Shown here piece by piece: positions 7,901-17,101 of a stretch of 57,876 bases of DNA. The stretch spans positions 1 to 57,876 of the forward strand of contig JAVBNQ010000008.1 of assembly GCA_031551405.1 (NCBI GenBank), written 5' to 3'. This DNA comes from a bacterium (GTDB lineage: Bacteria > RUG730). Every line of letters begins with the position of its first letter. The stretch's first letter is position 1. The notes beneath the pieces were generated by a model, which saw nothing but the letters and a program-made list of their open reading frames with translations, ran no database searches and had not been told where the DNA came from. The position numbers were made by a program, and so were the translations under genes.

Positions 7901-10241
7901 CTCCGACATTCCAGATTCCGGATTTTTTAGAAAAGCCATTCTTTTTATCCGCGTCTTCATCAATTCCTCCGTATCTAAAATATAATGACGGCGCACTGCT
8001 GAAAGCTTGTTCGTCAGCATAAATCCAAACTTCCAAAAATTTTTTATCTGAATAATCCAATCCTTCTCGATTCAAAACTTGAACGATTGAAACTTCCTCG
8101 TTTTGGGAAATTTTATTGAAATTAAAACTCAAAACATTAACTTTTTGTTCTTTATCGAGATTAACTTTTGGATTTATCTGCCGTAAATCTACGTCATGAT
8201 TTAAAAGGTCAAACTTTCCTGCACCAAAAATAGGGCGGTTGTTAGGATTTGACGCGATTTGCCAATTGTTTATATCGAGCCCATGATAATCACTAACTTT
8301 CAAAGCGTCCATATTCTCAACAATTGCTTTTCCAAAAACGTTTGCGTTCTGAAAGCTCGTCGCAATTTCGCCTTTTATTGTCAAATCAAACGGTAAAATA
8401 ATATCGTCTTTTTTGAGAGTAAAATTTATATCTGAGTCAACAATCGTGATGCTTTTAGGAGGAGAAAAAACGCTTGGAGCTTCGGTTGGAGATGCGGATC
8501 CACTGTAAATCGTTGATACTCCCCAGTAATCTTTATCGGTAAATCTGTATTCTGCTCGAGCTCCAAGAAGAGTTTGCTGATACTGTCCTCCGAACGGCAA
8601 ATATTCATAAGTCACTTCGACTTTTGATTCTGACGAAATCAGCTCCGTAGATAACAAAGTAATGAACCCTATTTCGTAGTCGATAATGTAGTCTCTATCG
8701 CGCTCAAGTTTTCTGCCATCCACAGAAATCGATTCGGAACCTTTAATTATTGCTTTCCCGAGCATATAAGTGTAATTATTTGCTTTTTCATAAGAATATT
8801 CTACTTCGATTTTGATTTTTGATGTAACGTATTCATCGTCATAAATAGATTTTCCGGCGTCGTAATAGGATTGAAACGGCTTGTCGCGATTGAATTTCAA
8901 AATACCGTTGTAATAATCAACATCTATGTCGCTATAGCCAAAATTCAAAATCTCGTCATTTGTATTTAAAACTCTGAAAATAAAATCTTTATTAAGTTCA
9001 CCTCGAGTAATATTTACATTTCCAAGGTCGTAATATTCGTTTATCTCGTTGAACGAAATCGTGTTTAGCTCGTCTTTCAATAATTTTATTCTGCCAACCG
9101 TACCTGCCGAAGGATCTTCGCTGAGTTTTGTTCCGGAGTTTGATTTATAATCGACTGCAATTACGTAGTTTTTCGCTATTGAAATCTTGAAAAGTATATT
9201 ATTATTTACATAATCTATTTCGTAGTCGCGACCTGTTTGTAATTTTCTAAATTTATATTTTATCTCCGGGCCGCCGCCGTATCTTTCAGCAGGCAATTCG
9301 TAAATCGTTTGTCCTGTTGGATTTGCAACTTGATCGAATAAATAAATTTCCTCTGAACCTCTGATAATTGGAAAATATTGCCCCCTCTGCGCAGCGCTAA
9401 AATAAAGACGATAGAATTTCCTTCGCATAAAGTTTCTATCCTCGATATATTTATGTTCTCGCGTAGTCTTTCCTTCAAAAACCTTTTTTTCAAAAATACC
9501 TTGAGTTTGAGACGCAACAGCCGTAATATTAAAATTATTGTATTTTGCCTTAGCTTTTAACCCGAAAAGCGTTTTTTGGTAGCCGATAAATTCCGTCTGC
9601 GGGATTTCAAGTTGAATGTCTCCAAATGCCAATTCTTGAATAATTTCGTCTTTTTGAACGACTATATCCTCAATGTTGTTCCCGTATTCGTCGGTTCCAC
9701 CCTTGATTACATCGCCTTTCTTGTAGCCTTTGTAAACTATCGAAATATCTTTATTTTCCAGATCTTTGTCGTCGTAATTCACTTTTACATTAATTTTATT
9801 CCCGATTTGTCCATTAATTCTCACTTGCATTTCTTGTCGCAAATCAACGCCATTTTTTATATCCGTTGGTGCTTCGATTTGATCGCGTTTTTCGCCACTT
9901 TTGTAATTAATCAATCCATAGTTAAACCCGACCATTTTTCGACCTGAAATATTAAGTTTTGATTGATAAGGAAGATTGAATTGAATCAAAGATTTGTCGA
10001 TATCTTGTTTGATTTCTTCGATTTTTTGAGCTTTTTGGTAAGATAAATCAATTTGAGACTCGTTGATTTCGTCTTTTTGTGGGTTGAAACTGCCTTCTTC
10101 TTTTTGATTTCTGATTTCCATGTACAGATTTTTATCAAAAGCTAAAGACTCCGAACTTTGTGTTTCTGAGGCTAAATTGCCGATAAAACTCAAAAAAATA
10201 GCAAGAACAAAAAAAAAATGTTTTAACCGCTTTTTTTTCAT
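4974..10241 (-). CDS. SprA/Sov-like large outer-membrane protein (T9SS translocon-like)
   Basis: 1755 aa with a signal peptide. QVRINGQIGNKINVKVNYDD, GSESISVDGRKLERDRDYIIDYEIGFITLL and TEDLDGDGKL/SEDLNRNGILD recall SprA. Amphipathic beta-strand C-terminal half with a terminal Phe. Confidence 0.7.
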   Translation of the reverse strand: MKKKRLKHFFFVLAIFLSFIGNLASETQSSESLAFDKNLYMEIRNQKEEGSFNPQKDEINESQIDLSYQKAQKIEEIKQDIDKSLIQFNLPYQSKLNISGRKMVGFNYGLINYKSGEKRDQIEAPTDIKNGVDLRQEMQVRINGQIGNKINVKVNYDDKDLENKDISIVYKGYKKGDVIKGGTDEYGNNIEDIVVQKDEIIQELAFGDIQLEIPQTEFIGYQKTLFGLKAKAKYNNFNITAVASQTQGIFEKKVFEGKTTREHKYIEDRNFMRRKFYRLYFSAAQRGQYFPIIRGSEEIYLFDQVANPTGQTIYELPAERYGGGPEIKYKFRKLQTGRDYEIDYVNNNILFKISIAKNYVIAVDYKSNSGTKLSEDPSAGTVGRIKLLKDELNTISFNEINEYYDLGNVNITRGELNKDFIFRVLNTNDEILNFGYSDIDVDYYNGILKFNRDKPFQSYYDAGKSIYDDEYVTSKIKIEVEYSYEKANNYTYMLGKAIIKGSESISVDGRKLERDRDYIIDYEIGFITLLSTELISSESKVEVTYEYLPFGGQYQQTLLGARAEYRFTDKDYWGVSTIYSGSASPTEAPSVFSPPKSITIVDSDINFTLKKDDIILPFDLTIKGEIATSFQNANVFGKAIVENMDALKVSDYHGLDINNWQIASNPNNRPIFGAGKFDLLNHDVDLRQINPKVNLDKEQKVNVLSFNFNKISQNEEVSIVQVLNREGLDYSDKKFLEVWIYADEQAFSSAPSLYFRYGGIDEDADKKNGFSKKSGIWNVGDPKTEDLDGDGKLGATEDVGWEYFPEGWTTPIRIGAGNGILDSEDLNRNGILDPDDGMGAEFKNLVDENGISHNTVNWIGWKKFVIPLEITDKSKWRTIKHLRITVHSNSMSDISGNLKFYEFATVGNKWGDVTLTPASATTKFSIKSVSKENDSSYVSVLDDVVTKSEYQKLYKRTTQDTSLKEEALAMKFENLNNGATGYAIYRLPSDKKYNLSIYKKLKFFIFGDDSGAEFFINLGSDESNYFEYATKLDWRGWKIPELSLEDHKNLYGYNIPDGIPDGFTSCVGAPKISNIRYMRIGIRNKSGRVLSGQIFLNDIYVDDALKKDGVAYKTEAIMNFKNDIIVSGLLKHIDANFETITSGTQSNDLLGIGSITSGRETDSYSGKLDFNTLKFLPITVTAGRDTVETPKFTNTSISILEEGKIDSNNKTLNTAFNLKNFPRLTFSYQQVKADFFDLNLSSSTDYNLNETKNHELYYTRLDYSIPLSSRFYDQRIFSEFKTEKIKHDYFEVVTSTDIRNLDELKESYSFGTDLSLLSRLNLRPKYSYAEISEILDNKPETERYFRKREEKAEVSSEITLLNWLRPNFGYDLVKTEDFNIVQKSTYTTKDVRIENSGKAGLDLYFNAILSGFKPTKSLNLTFNYEIKDIEAWRGINADYKFLDFWFTRSYDGLVNNKAFNIAPKFGNQTTFSQEDIKTFSLKYSPFDYLEFKEKWLAPLQTLSTRFSYSETFVEGVTSDAAVVVWPEILTEIKNFENFLFLDGFVSNGELVTKYLNKTENSYAISDKYTKNFDTKYRFKVLETFDCALNYRADNFEEFNINNTKSVKVRSVDLNSYGAQLGLTYKSWRFTTRGDFKVQDEFLLNTNSKWVDEKIFSLKADTDFSVERGLKLPFIKKRFIVENRIKLSSEVKGTQKRGDLLEDNKDIYDFVADSEFNFTSNFQFKLGAKFSDVRFLLRDKSNYNAVLIQTEASIIF

Positions 10242-10353
10242 TAAAAAATAAACTCTTATTAAAAAATCTCGAATTTTTTGAGATTTTAAATTTTTTTGTT
10301 TAGATTTTCCAAAATTGAATGGAATAAAAAAGTTTTTATTTAAAAATATATTT

Positions 10354-11346
10354 TTAGGTAAGAGAACGCATATATTCGCAAGCTACTTCAGGCGGTACAG
10401 AATTTACAAAAATTCCGGCTCCTGCTTCAAAGCCAGCCACTTGAAACATCCTCGGAACAATTTCAATGTGCCAGTGATAAGAAAATTCGTCATTTTTTTT
10501 AATCGGACTATCATGAAGAATGTAATTATAGTGTGCTCCACCCGTCGCTAAATCTAATTTTTTTAGAGTATTTTTCATAATATCTGCAAGTGAGATTATT
10601 TGATTTTTTCTAATATTACAATAATGCGCCTCATGCTCTTTTGGCAAAATGCAGATCTCAAAAGGAACTTTTGATGCATACGGACAAATCGCAACAAAAT
10701 CCGCATTTTCATAAACTACACGTTTATTTACTCTGAGCTCCTCGTCTATTATATCACAAAAAACACAGCGAGATTTGTATTCGTAATACTTTGTCGCGCC
10801 ATTAATTTCTTCGTTTATTCTCCGCGGAATTATCGGTAGTCCTACGAGTTGCGAATGTGAATGCTCTATATTAGCCCCTGCTCGGAAACCTTTATTTTTA
10901 AAAATGAGAATATACTCGAGCCTCAAATCTTTTCTCAAATCGCAAAGCCGCTCTCTGTAAACTGTAAAAATGTCCTCAAGCTGCTTATTTTCTAGTTCAA
11001 AAAATTCGATGTTATGTATCGGAGTTTCTATGATTATTTCGTTAGCGCCGATGCCTGTTATCTTGTCGTAAAGACCTTCACCTTTTTTCGATAGCGATTC
11101 CTCGATCTTAAGAATTGGGAATTTATTTGGGATCACGCGAACAGTCCATCCCGGTTGGTTAAATCTCAAACTATTCCCGTAAGCCATGATCTCAGGTGGA
11201 GTTAAATATTCGTTGTTCTCACAAAACGGACAACTCTCTAATTCCGCAACTTTTGGTTTTACTACCTCCAAATTTCTTATAGGTCTGCGCTCACTATTTA
11301 TTATAACCCAGGAATTTATTACCGGATCTTTTCTAAATTCTGACAA
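10354..11346 (-). CDS. galT: Galactose-1-phosphate uridylyltransferase
   Basis: EFRKDPV..WVII..ERRP, CPFC..NE, VIPNKFP, FKNKG..AGANIEHSHSQ (HxHxQ), CVFCD, YHWHIEIVPR and GFE motifs. Confidence 0.93.
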   Translation of the reverse strand: MSEFRKDPVINSWVIINSERRPIRNLEVVKPKVAELESCPFCENNEYLTPPEIMAYGNSLRFNQPGWTVRVIPNKFPILKIEESLSKKGEGLYDKITGIGANEIIIETPIHNIEFFELENKQLEDIFTVYRERLCDLRKDLRLEYILIFKNKGFRAGANIEHSHSQLVGLPIIPRRINEEINGATKYYEYKSRCVFCDIIDEELRVNKRVVYENADFVAICPYASKVPFEICILPKEHEAHYCNIRKNQIISLADIMKNTLKKLDLATGGAHYNYILHDSPIKKNDEFSYHWHIEIVPRMFQVAGFEAGAGIFVNSVPPEVACEYMRSLT

Positions 11347-11474
11347 TTTTTCTCCTATTAACGCATCACAAAACTTGCGTTTTTTTCAAATTTTGGCCTT
11401 AGGTTTCAGCTTTCGAAAACAAAAAAGGCTTTTTTACATATTAAATTTGCTGCGCTTTGTAGACGATAAAGAGA

Positions 11475-11754
11475 ATCCTCTCGTTTTTTTTGCTTCAAAA
11501 AAATCTTTGCTTTTTCCATCCATACGTCAGGATTTTCATTTTTACCGAACGCGATATTTTTTTTCTTTCCTTTTTGACATTGCCAAAAAAGAAACAAAAA
11601 AAGCTAGTCTGCTGTATCTCAGAGATAAGCAGACATAAAACAAGGAAAAAAAGACGGAAATTAAAAAAGTTAAAAAAAACAAAACCCTTTCTTTTCTCGG
11701 CTCGAAAAATCTTTTTTTGACTTGAATAGAGCTTTATATGGACGACTGTCTCTA
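11475..11754 (-). repeat. Dispersed intergenic repeat, copy D (inner hairpin deleted)
   Basis: Reverse complement aligns with about 43126-43510 (tattcaagtc; atgtctgc...tatctctgag..cagcagactagc; ttggcaatgtcaaaaa; aaaatgaaaatcct; gaagcaaaaaacgaga). Confidence 0.85.
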
Positions 11755-11922
11755 GAATTATTTAAACCTTTAACATTTTTTTAAAATCGTTTTGTAAAGT
11801 CGCGTATTATATAAAATATAAGTTTTTATTCAAAGATTTTTGCTAAAACATTTTTTCTAAATTATTTAGATTGCCATTTTGAATAAAACCTTCAAAATTT
11901 ACTAAAGTATATCTGTGATTTC

Positions 11923-11937
11923 TTAACAAAAAATTCG
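11923..11937 (+). promoter_or_regulatory. 15-bp motif shared by the upstream regions of both giant genes
   Basis: TTAACAAAAAATTCG is identical at 11923-11937 and 44019-44033; each is followed shortly by TTTCGCTT. Confidence 0.4.
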
Positions 11938-12098
11938 CAAGAAATTCGTTTCGCTTATTGAAAAAAATGTAGTACTTTAAGTTATTTAAATTTTGCCATA
12001 TCTTTCTTACTCGTCAAACCGCCAGGATGTTCGCTTAAAATCTCAAATTTCTCATAAATTGAGAAAAGTTTCCAATTTTTTCTAATTTAATTTTGGAG

Positions 12099-12136
12099 GA
12101 GGATAGATTTATGATTAGAGGATAGATTTATGATTA
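12099..12136 (+). repeat. Perfect 19-bp tandem duplication
   Basis: GAGGATAGATTTATGATTA occurs twice (12099-12117, 12118-12136). Confidence 0.95.
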
Positions 12137-12198
12137 AATAAAAAATGAGCTAAATTACATGATCATTTTTCAAAAATTTAAAAAAAATGAGGTAATTT

Positions 12199-14151
12199 AT
12201 GTTCAAAACAAGAAAAAAAACGATAAGTAGATTAGTTCTATCCTTTTTTATTTCAACTTTATTTACAAATTTCTCTTACTCCAATCAAGTCGCTCTTCAG
12301 CTTCAAAATCAAACTCTTTTGATCTCTCCAAAAATTGGTAAAATCACAGAAACTTTTTCTGGAACTGGAAATCAAGAATTTTTAATCATCCAAGATCTTC
12401 ATCTTGAAAAAACAACTCAACAAAACATTTCAAAAATAATACAAAATATTGACGAATTTTATGGAAAAAGACTTTCATCCATTGTTCTCGAAGGCGCTTT
12501 TGACGAAGAAATAAAATCGCCTTTCTTAGAAAATTTAAATAATCAAGAAGCCAAAAATAAAATCGCAGAATATTTGCTCAACAATAATGAATTAACAGGC
12601 CCGGAATATTTCGCATTAACAAATCCGAAAAAAATAAAATTGGAAGGTCTCGAAGATAAAAATATTTATCTGGAGAACTTTTACGCTTTGTACGATTCTT
12701 TGAAAAATTACGAAAAATTAGAAACTATTCTATCAAAAATAGATAACTCAATCGCAAAATCAAAAATTTATCTTTTTCCAACTGAATTAATTGATTTTGA
12801 AAAAAATTTAAATAAAAAATCGCAAAATCTTTTTTCTCAAATCGAATATTTAAAATTTTTTAGTCAAAAATATAAGATAGATTTTAGAATTTATCTACAA
12901 CTAGAAAATTATTTAAAATTAAAAAATATTGAGAAAAATGTTTCTAAAAAAATGATCGAAATCAACATTGAAGCAGAAAATGTAGTGAAATTTTTAAAAA
13001 ATTCAAAAAATATTGATTCACAAGACGTAAAAACTTTACAAAGTTTAAAAAAACAGGAACATGAATTTTATTTGAAATTACGAGACATTTTGAAAAAAAA
13101 TAATATAAATATTTCGAATTTTTCAAACTTGAATTTATATTTCTTATATCTTGATTATTTTACTTTTGTTGACGAAATCATGCTTTTGGAAGAGAAAAAT
13201 AATCTTGAAAACGCAATAAAAAATAAGATGATGAAGAATCGATCTGACGGCAAAAAAGTAATGGAACTTGAACGTTATTTTGAATTAATGAAAAAATACT
13301 TCACGACTAATATTTCGAGTCAGGAAGTCGAAATTTGGCGAGAAAATAAAAATTATACTTACGAACTTTTAACTTATCTCGGGCAAAATGTTTTTGCAAA
13401 CGACTATTTTTCTCCAAACAAAGAAGCTTTTGAAATTGCTGAAAAAAATATGTCGGATTTTTACAATTTTGCAGAAAAAAGAAATGAAATTTTTGCGAAA
13501 AATTCTACAAAAAATTTAAGTGAAAATTCTGTAAAAGTTGTGATTCTCGGCGGATATCACGCAAAAGGTTTTTGTAATATTTTGAAAAGCAAAGGGATTT
13601 CGTATCAATTGATTCTTCCGGTTCCCGGCACTCAATATGACAAAAATATTTATTTGAATAAAGTAAAAGCTCAATACAATTTCCTAAAAAACAATACTGA
13701 AAACACAAATTTAAACGGAAATACAAATAACTCATTTTTGCAATTAATACCTATTTTAGCACAACGAGATTTTCTGTTGCGTTTTAAAATAAATGAAATC
13801 GAAAATATTTTAGAGACTATTGCCGAATATTTGACTGCTGATGAAATTGAAACATTCATAAAAAATTTAGACGATGCCTATCAACATAAAATTTCATACG
13901 ACAAACTAACAGGCCAGATTCAAATTGAAAATTATGGAGCCATAACTACCGCCTCTATAAAACCTATGATTATTGCTCCATTTACAATTATTCCTCCACT
14001 GATAACTTTAGTACAAGCCCCTGTCGCTATTACTGCAAATTTTTTCAAAAATTTGGGAAAGAGCCTAAAGTTTCTACGGATATTCTACCTTCATATACGA
14101 TATATTCTAACTTCATTAAGGCAGCACTTGAAAAACAATTCGACACTGTAG
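12199..14151 (+). CDS. Giant gene 1 segment 1: signal peptide plus conserved N-terminal TraB/ChaN-like domain
   Basis: GAGG RBS and signal peptide. IIQDLH, LEGA, GPEY, GLED, AEKRNEIFAKN, ILGGYHAKG and GISYQLILP all have counterparts in the 4051-aa protein. Confidence 0.85.
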   Translation: MFKTRKKTISRLVLSFFISTLFTNFSYSNQVALQLQNQTLLISPKIGKITETFSGTGNQEFLIIQDLHLEKTTQQNISKIIQNIDEFYGKRLSSIVLEGAFDEEIKSPFLENLNNQEAKNKIAEYLLNNNELTGPEYFALTNPKKIKLEGLEDKNIYLENFYALYDSLKNYEKLETILSKIDNSIAKSKIYLFPTELIDFEKNLNKKSQNLFSQIEYLKFFSQKYKIDFRIYLQLENYLKLKNIEKNVSKKMIEINIEAENVVKFLKNSKNIDSQDVKTLQSLKKQEHEFYLKLRDILKKNNINISNFSNLNLYFLYLDYFTFVDEIMLLEEKNNLENAIKNKMMKNRSDGKKVMELERYFELMKKYFTTNISSQEVEIWRENKNYTYELLTYLGQNVFANDYFSPNKEAFEIAEKNMSDFYNFAEKRNEIFAKNSTKNLSENSVKVVILGGYHAKGFCNILKSKGISYQLILPVPGTQYDKNIYLNKVKAQYNFLKNNTENTNLNGNTNNSFLQLIPILAQRDFLLRFKINEIENILETIAEYLTADEIETFIKNLDDAYQHKISYDKLTGQIQIENYGAITTASIKPMIIAPFTIIPPLITLVQAPVAITANFFKNLGKSLKFLRIFYLHIRYILTSLRQHLKNNSTL

Positions 14152-14216
14152 AGTTTTCGGTAGTTAATGACGATGATTATTTTCTTGAAACTACAATAGA
14201 CAAAAACAACAAAAAG

Positions 14217-17054
14217 GTGATTGTAAAAATTTCGTATGGCTTTCTTAAAGCGATGAGAATTTTTATTATTAAATCCTGCTCTAATAAACCTGATACTCTT
14301 GGCTTTATTAAAATTTTTATTGAAGCGCTTGTAGGGCATGAAAAAAACGAACAAGCTCTAATAGCAAAAGGAGCAAGTCCTTATGAAGCGCATTATAATG
14401 TTTTACTAAATAAAGAAGATACTTCGCATGTATTGCAACTAAATTTTTATACATTTTTATTGTCTCAAATATTTCAACGAGAAAAAGCAAGAAAAATCGA
14501 AGAATTAGATAAAAAGATAAGTGGCATAATACAAGAAACGTCAGAAAAAAACAAACTAATGGAACAAAGATCTGCTCTTACAAATTTAACATTTTTAAAT
14601 TATAAAAGACTAATTAATTTGAGATTCGAAAATCCCGAAAGAGCCATAAAAGAAATAGTAAATAGCGAAGGCTTTTTATATGCAATCTACGTGAAATCTT
14701 TGGAAACACCTCACCAGACTAAAGCTAAAGAAGAAATTCTAAATTTATTTATAGACGAAGCTTTGCAAAAAGTTCAAGGGGAAAATTTTAGCTCGCAATC
14801 GCAAAAAAACGATATCTTATATTATCAAAAATTTATGGAGATGCTTGTTTTCCCTGAAAAATACGAAGGACAACAACAAAATTTAATTATTGATGAAAAT
14901 TTTTATCCGTCAGCAACTAGTTTAGCAGTCAGACAAAAAATGGGAGCAGAAGAGTATTCAACACTAGAAAACCAAATAGAGACCTATTCTAAAGCTGCCA
15001 GCAGCACTATTCTTATCCTAAATCCTCTAAATGGTGGGCTTGGGACTTCTGTAAAAAGGCAAACTTACCTTGATTCTCTTTCTCAAAGCACCCAAATAGG
15101 GAGGAATCTCATAACTGGGCACGTTAAAATTGCCACAAAAGGTTCAGATTTATATGTCCAAATTGGAACTAAATTAGTGAGTGTTTCAGCACTAAAACTC
15201 GAAAGAATCTTGACCGCAATTTCGTCAGGGGCCTACGCTAGTGTAATTATGCAACAATTAACAAGCAGTGAGTCTGAACGCGAAGTCCAAGAAATGTTTA
15301 ACTCTCAAGCTGTGCCAAGCGCTTCCTCGAGTTCTTCACATCTTCCGACATATAGACAAAAATTAACCAGTGACTCATCTAGAGTATCTGATTCCATGAT
15401 TCAATCAATGTTTCCAGTAATATCTGTAGATCCAGCCGGAAATCCTTTAGCTTTAGATCCAACTAGAAAAGCTCCCGGTGGACACGCTCAATTTGGATTC
15501 AAAATGATAATGGAAGCTTTAGCTGGGAAAACAGGCGTAGCGGTTTTCTATAATGAAGACGGTCTGAACAATTTGCCGGATCCTATTATGATTGGCTGGA
15601 TGGCACACAATAGGGTACCCTTTGCTATGGTAACTACAACAAAAACCGGTGTTGATATGAAAGGCGGACAATTAGGAATAGCACGAAATGTAGCCGGTCA
15701 AGAATACGTTGATATTTTGGAATACGGGCAAGTCTCTCCTAGCCAAAAAAAACTTTTCGAACAAACTGGACTTGACGACAGTGCCAGAAATCCACAATAT
15801 TTTAACACAAATATGGTTTTAATAAACTATGACGTTTTGGTTCCTATAATAAACGCAATAGAAAAAAACTACCCTGGCAAATTAGCGGAAATCATAATGC
15901 CAACTTTAATAAAAAATAAAAAAGGCAGCTACATTCAGCTCGAAGGAGCGATAGGCTCTGTAATTTTGAACCTAAATAAATGGTTAACAACTAGTGAACA
16001 AGGACAAAAAATTTTAGCATATTTTCACAGCACATATAATATAGACACCCAACGAGAATCATTAAAAGCTCCGCTTAGAATTATAAACTTATCAAAGCAA
16101 CAAAGAACAGCTTTTTTCACCCCAATAAAAGTGCCTTTTGATGGTTGGCTGCAATTTTTTAGCGATTCTTATGTTCTTGACTCCTCAGGAGTTTTAAAAG
16201 ACGCTAGAGATCCAAGGTTAGGATTACCGGATATAGCCATAGACGCTTCAGTTTGGGACGGCTATAATGACGTCCACGATATGTTACTTGCATTTGGCAA
16301 TACAAGTACAAAAGAACTAAAAAAATTGGAATTAAAAGGGCAAGTCAGGTTAACAAAAAATGAAGAATTTGTTACACAAAATTATTACCAAAAATACCAA
16401 TACAAAGTAGTTTTGAAAGGACAGGTAAAATTCGATGTTGCAAACGGACAAGTTTTAAGTTGGGAAGATTTATTAAGTCTAACGAATAAAACCGGTATTA
16501 CACTCTCTTCCGATGGAAAACAAATTACTCTTGAAAATGTAAGTATTGTAAAAAATACAGCGGGTCAAGTAACACAAGCTAATCCTATTTTGGTAGCTTT
16601 CAGAGGTGAGGCCGGATTATTTAATGTTAATAGATTAACTCCTTTTATTCCGCTCGCCTTTTTAAACAGTATTTCAACACAAATATCAGAAAATATATCA
16701 ACTCCGGAACTAAGACTGCAAAAGGCTTTCCTAGCAAAAGGTTTAACGTTAAGAAAACTTTCTGACTCAGCTTTTGCAGCTTTAAGAAAGCAGCATGGTT
16801 TCCCGGCAAATAGTTTAGATGTAGCAGACATTATAACTATTAATGACACGTCTTATGTTACTGAAAAGTTTATTAAAATGTTAGAAATTGCGGAAAATTT
16901 CTTTAGGAACATTGGTTTTGCTTCTGGAATAGACCGCTTGTATCCTCAGTTTGCAGGTCATGAACTCTTAGAAAAGTTAGGATTTTCACATAAAGATGCC
17001 CTAAAAATGCAGGCCTTTATCAACAAATTTACTTCAATATTTTACCTTATTTAG
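14217..17054 (+). CDS. Giant gene 1 segment 2: HExxE module, eukaryote-type UTP-glucose-1-phosphate uridylyltransferase domain, second HExxE module
   Basis: Frame is open from 13929. Motifs LNGGLGTS, PGGH, NEDGL, KTGVDMKGGQL, LEYGQV, FNTN, QLEGAIG and FTPIK are followed by a beta-helix-like tail, matching the UDPGP family. Confidence 0.8.
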   Translation: MIVKISYGFLKAMRIFIIKSCSNKPDTLGFIKIFIEALVGHEKNEQALIAKGASPYEAHYNVLLNKEDTSHVLQLNFYTFLLSQIFQREKARKIEELDKKISGIIQETSEKNKLMEQRSALTNLTFLNYKRLINLRFENPERAIKEIVNSEGFLYAIYVKSLETPHQTKAKEEILNLFIDEALQKVQGENFSSQSQKNDILYYQKFMEMLVFPEKYEGQQQNLIIDENFYPSATSLAVRQKMGAEEYSTLENQIETYSKAASSTILILNPLNGGLGTSVKRQTYLDSLSQSTQIGRNLITGHVKIATKGSDLYVQIGTKLVSVSALKLERILTAISSGAYASVIMQQLTSSESEREVQEMFNSQAVPSASSSSSHLPTYRQKLTSDSSRVSDSMIQSMFPVISVDPAGNPLALDPTRKAPGGHAQFGFKMIMEALAGKTGVAVFYNEDGLNNLPDPIMIGWMAHNRVPFAMVTTTKTGVDMKGGQLGIARNVAGQEYVDILEYGQVSPSQKKLFEQTGLDDSARNPQYFNTNMVLINYDVLVPIINAIEKNYPGKLAEIIMPTLIKNKKGSYIQLEGAIGSVILNLNKWLTTSEQGQKILAYFHSTYNIDTQRESLKAPLRIINLSKQQRTAFFTPIKVPFDGWLQFFSDSYVLDSSGVLKDARDPRLGLPDIAIDASVWDGYNDVHDMLLAFGNTSTKELKKLELKGQVRLTKNEEFVTQNYYQKYQYKVVLKGQVKFDVANGQVLSWEDLLSLTNKTGITLSSDGKQITLENVSIVKNTAGQVTQANPILVAFRGEAGLFNVNRLTPFIPLAFLNSISTQISENISTPELRLQKAFLAKGLTLRKLSDSAFAALRKQHGFPANSLDVADIITINDTSYVTEKFIKMLEIAENFFRNIGFASGIDRLYPQFAGHELLEKLGFSHKDALKMQAFINKFTSIFYLI

Positions 17055-17101
17055 AGGAACTCTATGGTTTTACTCAAACAGGAATCAGCAACCCAAAAGA
17101 T

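Noticed and set aside
11186..11720. ORFs 11186-11638, 11406-11597 and 11490-11720 (likewise 18978-19166, 19100-19294 and 43406-43621)
   Set aside because: They lie in the non-coding repeat family, are K/F-rich translations of A/T tracts, and their frames are not conserved between repeat copies.
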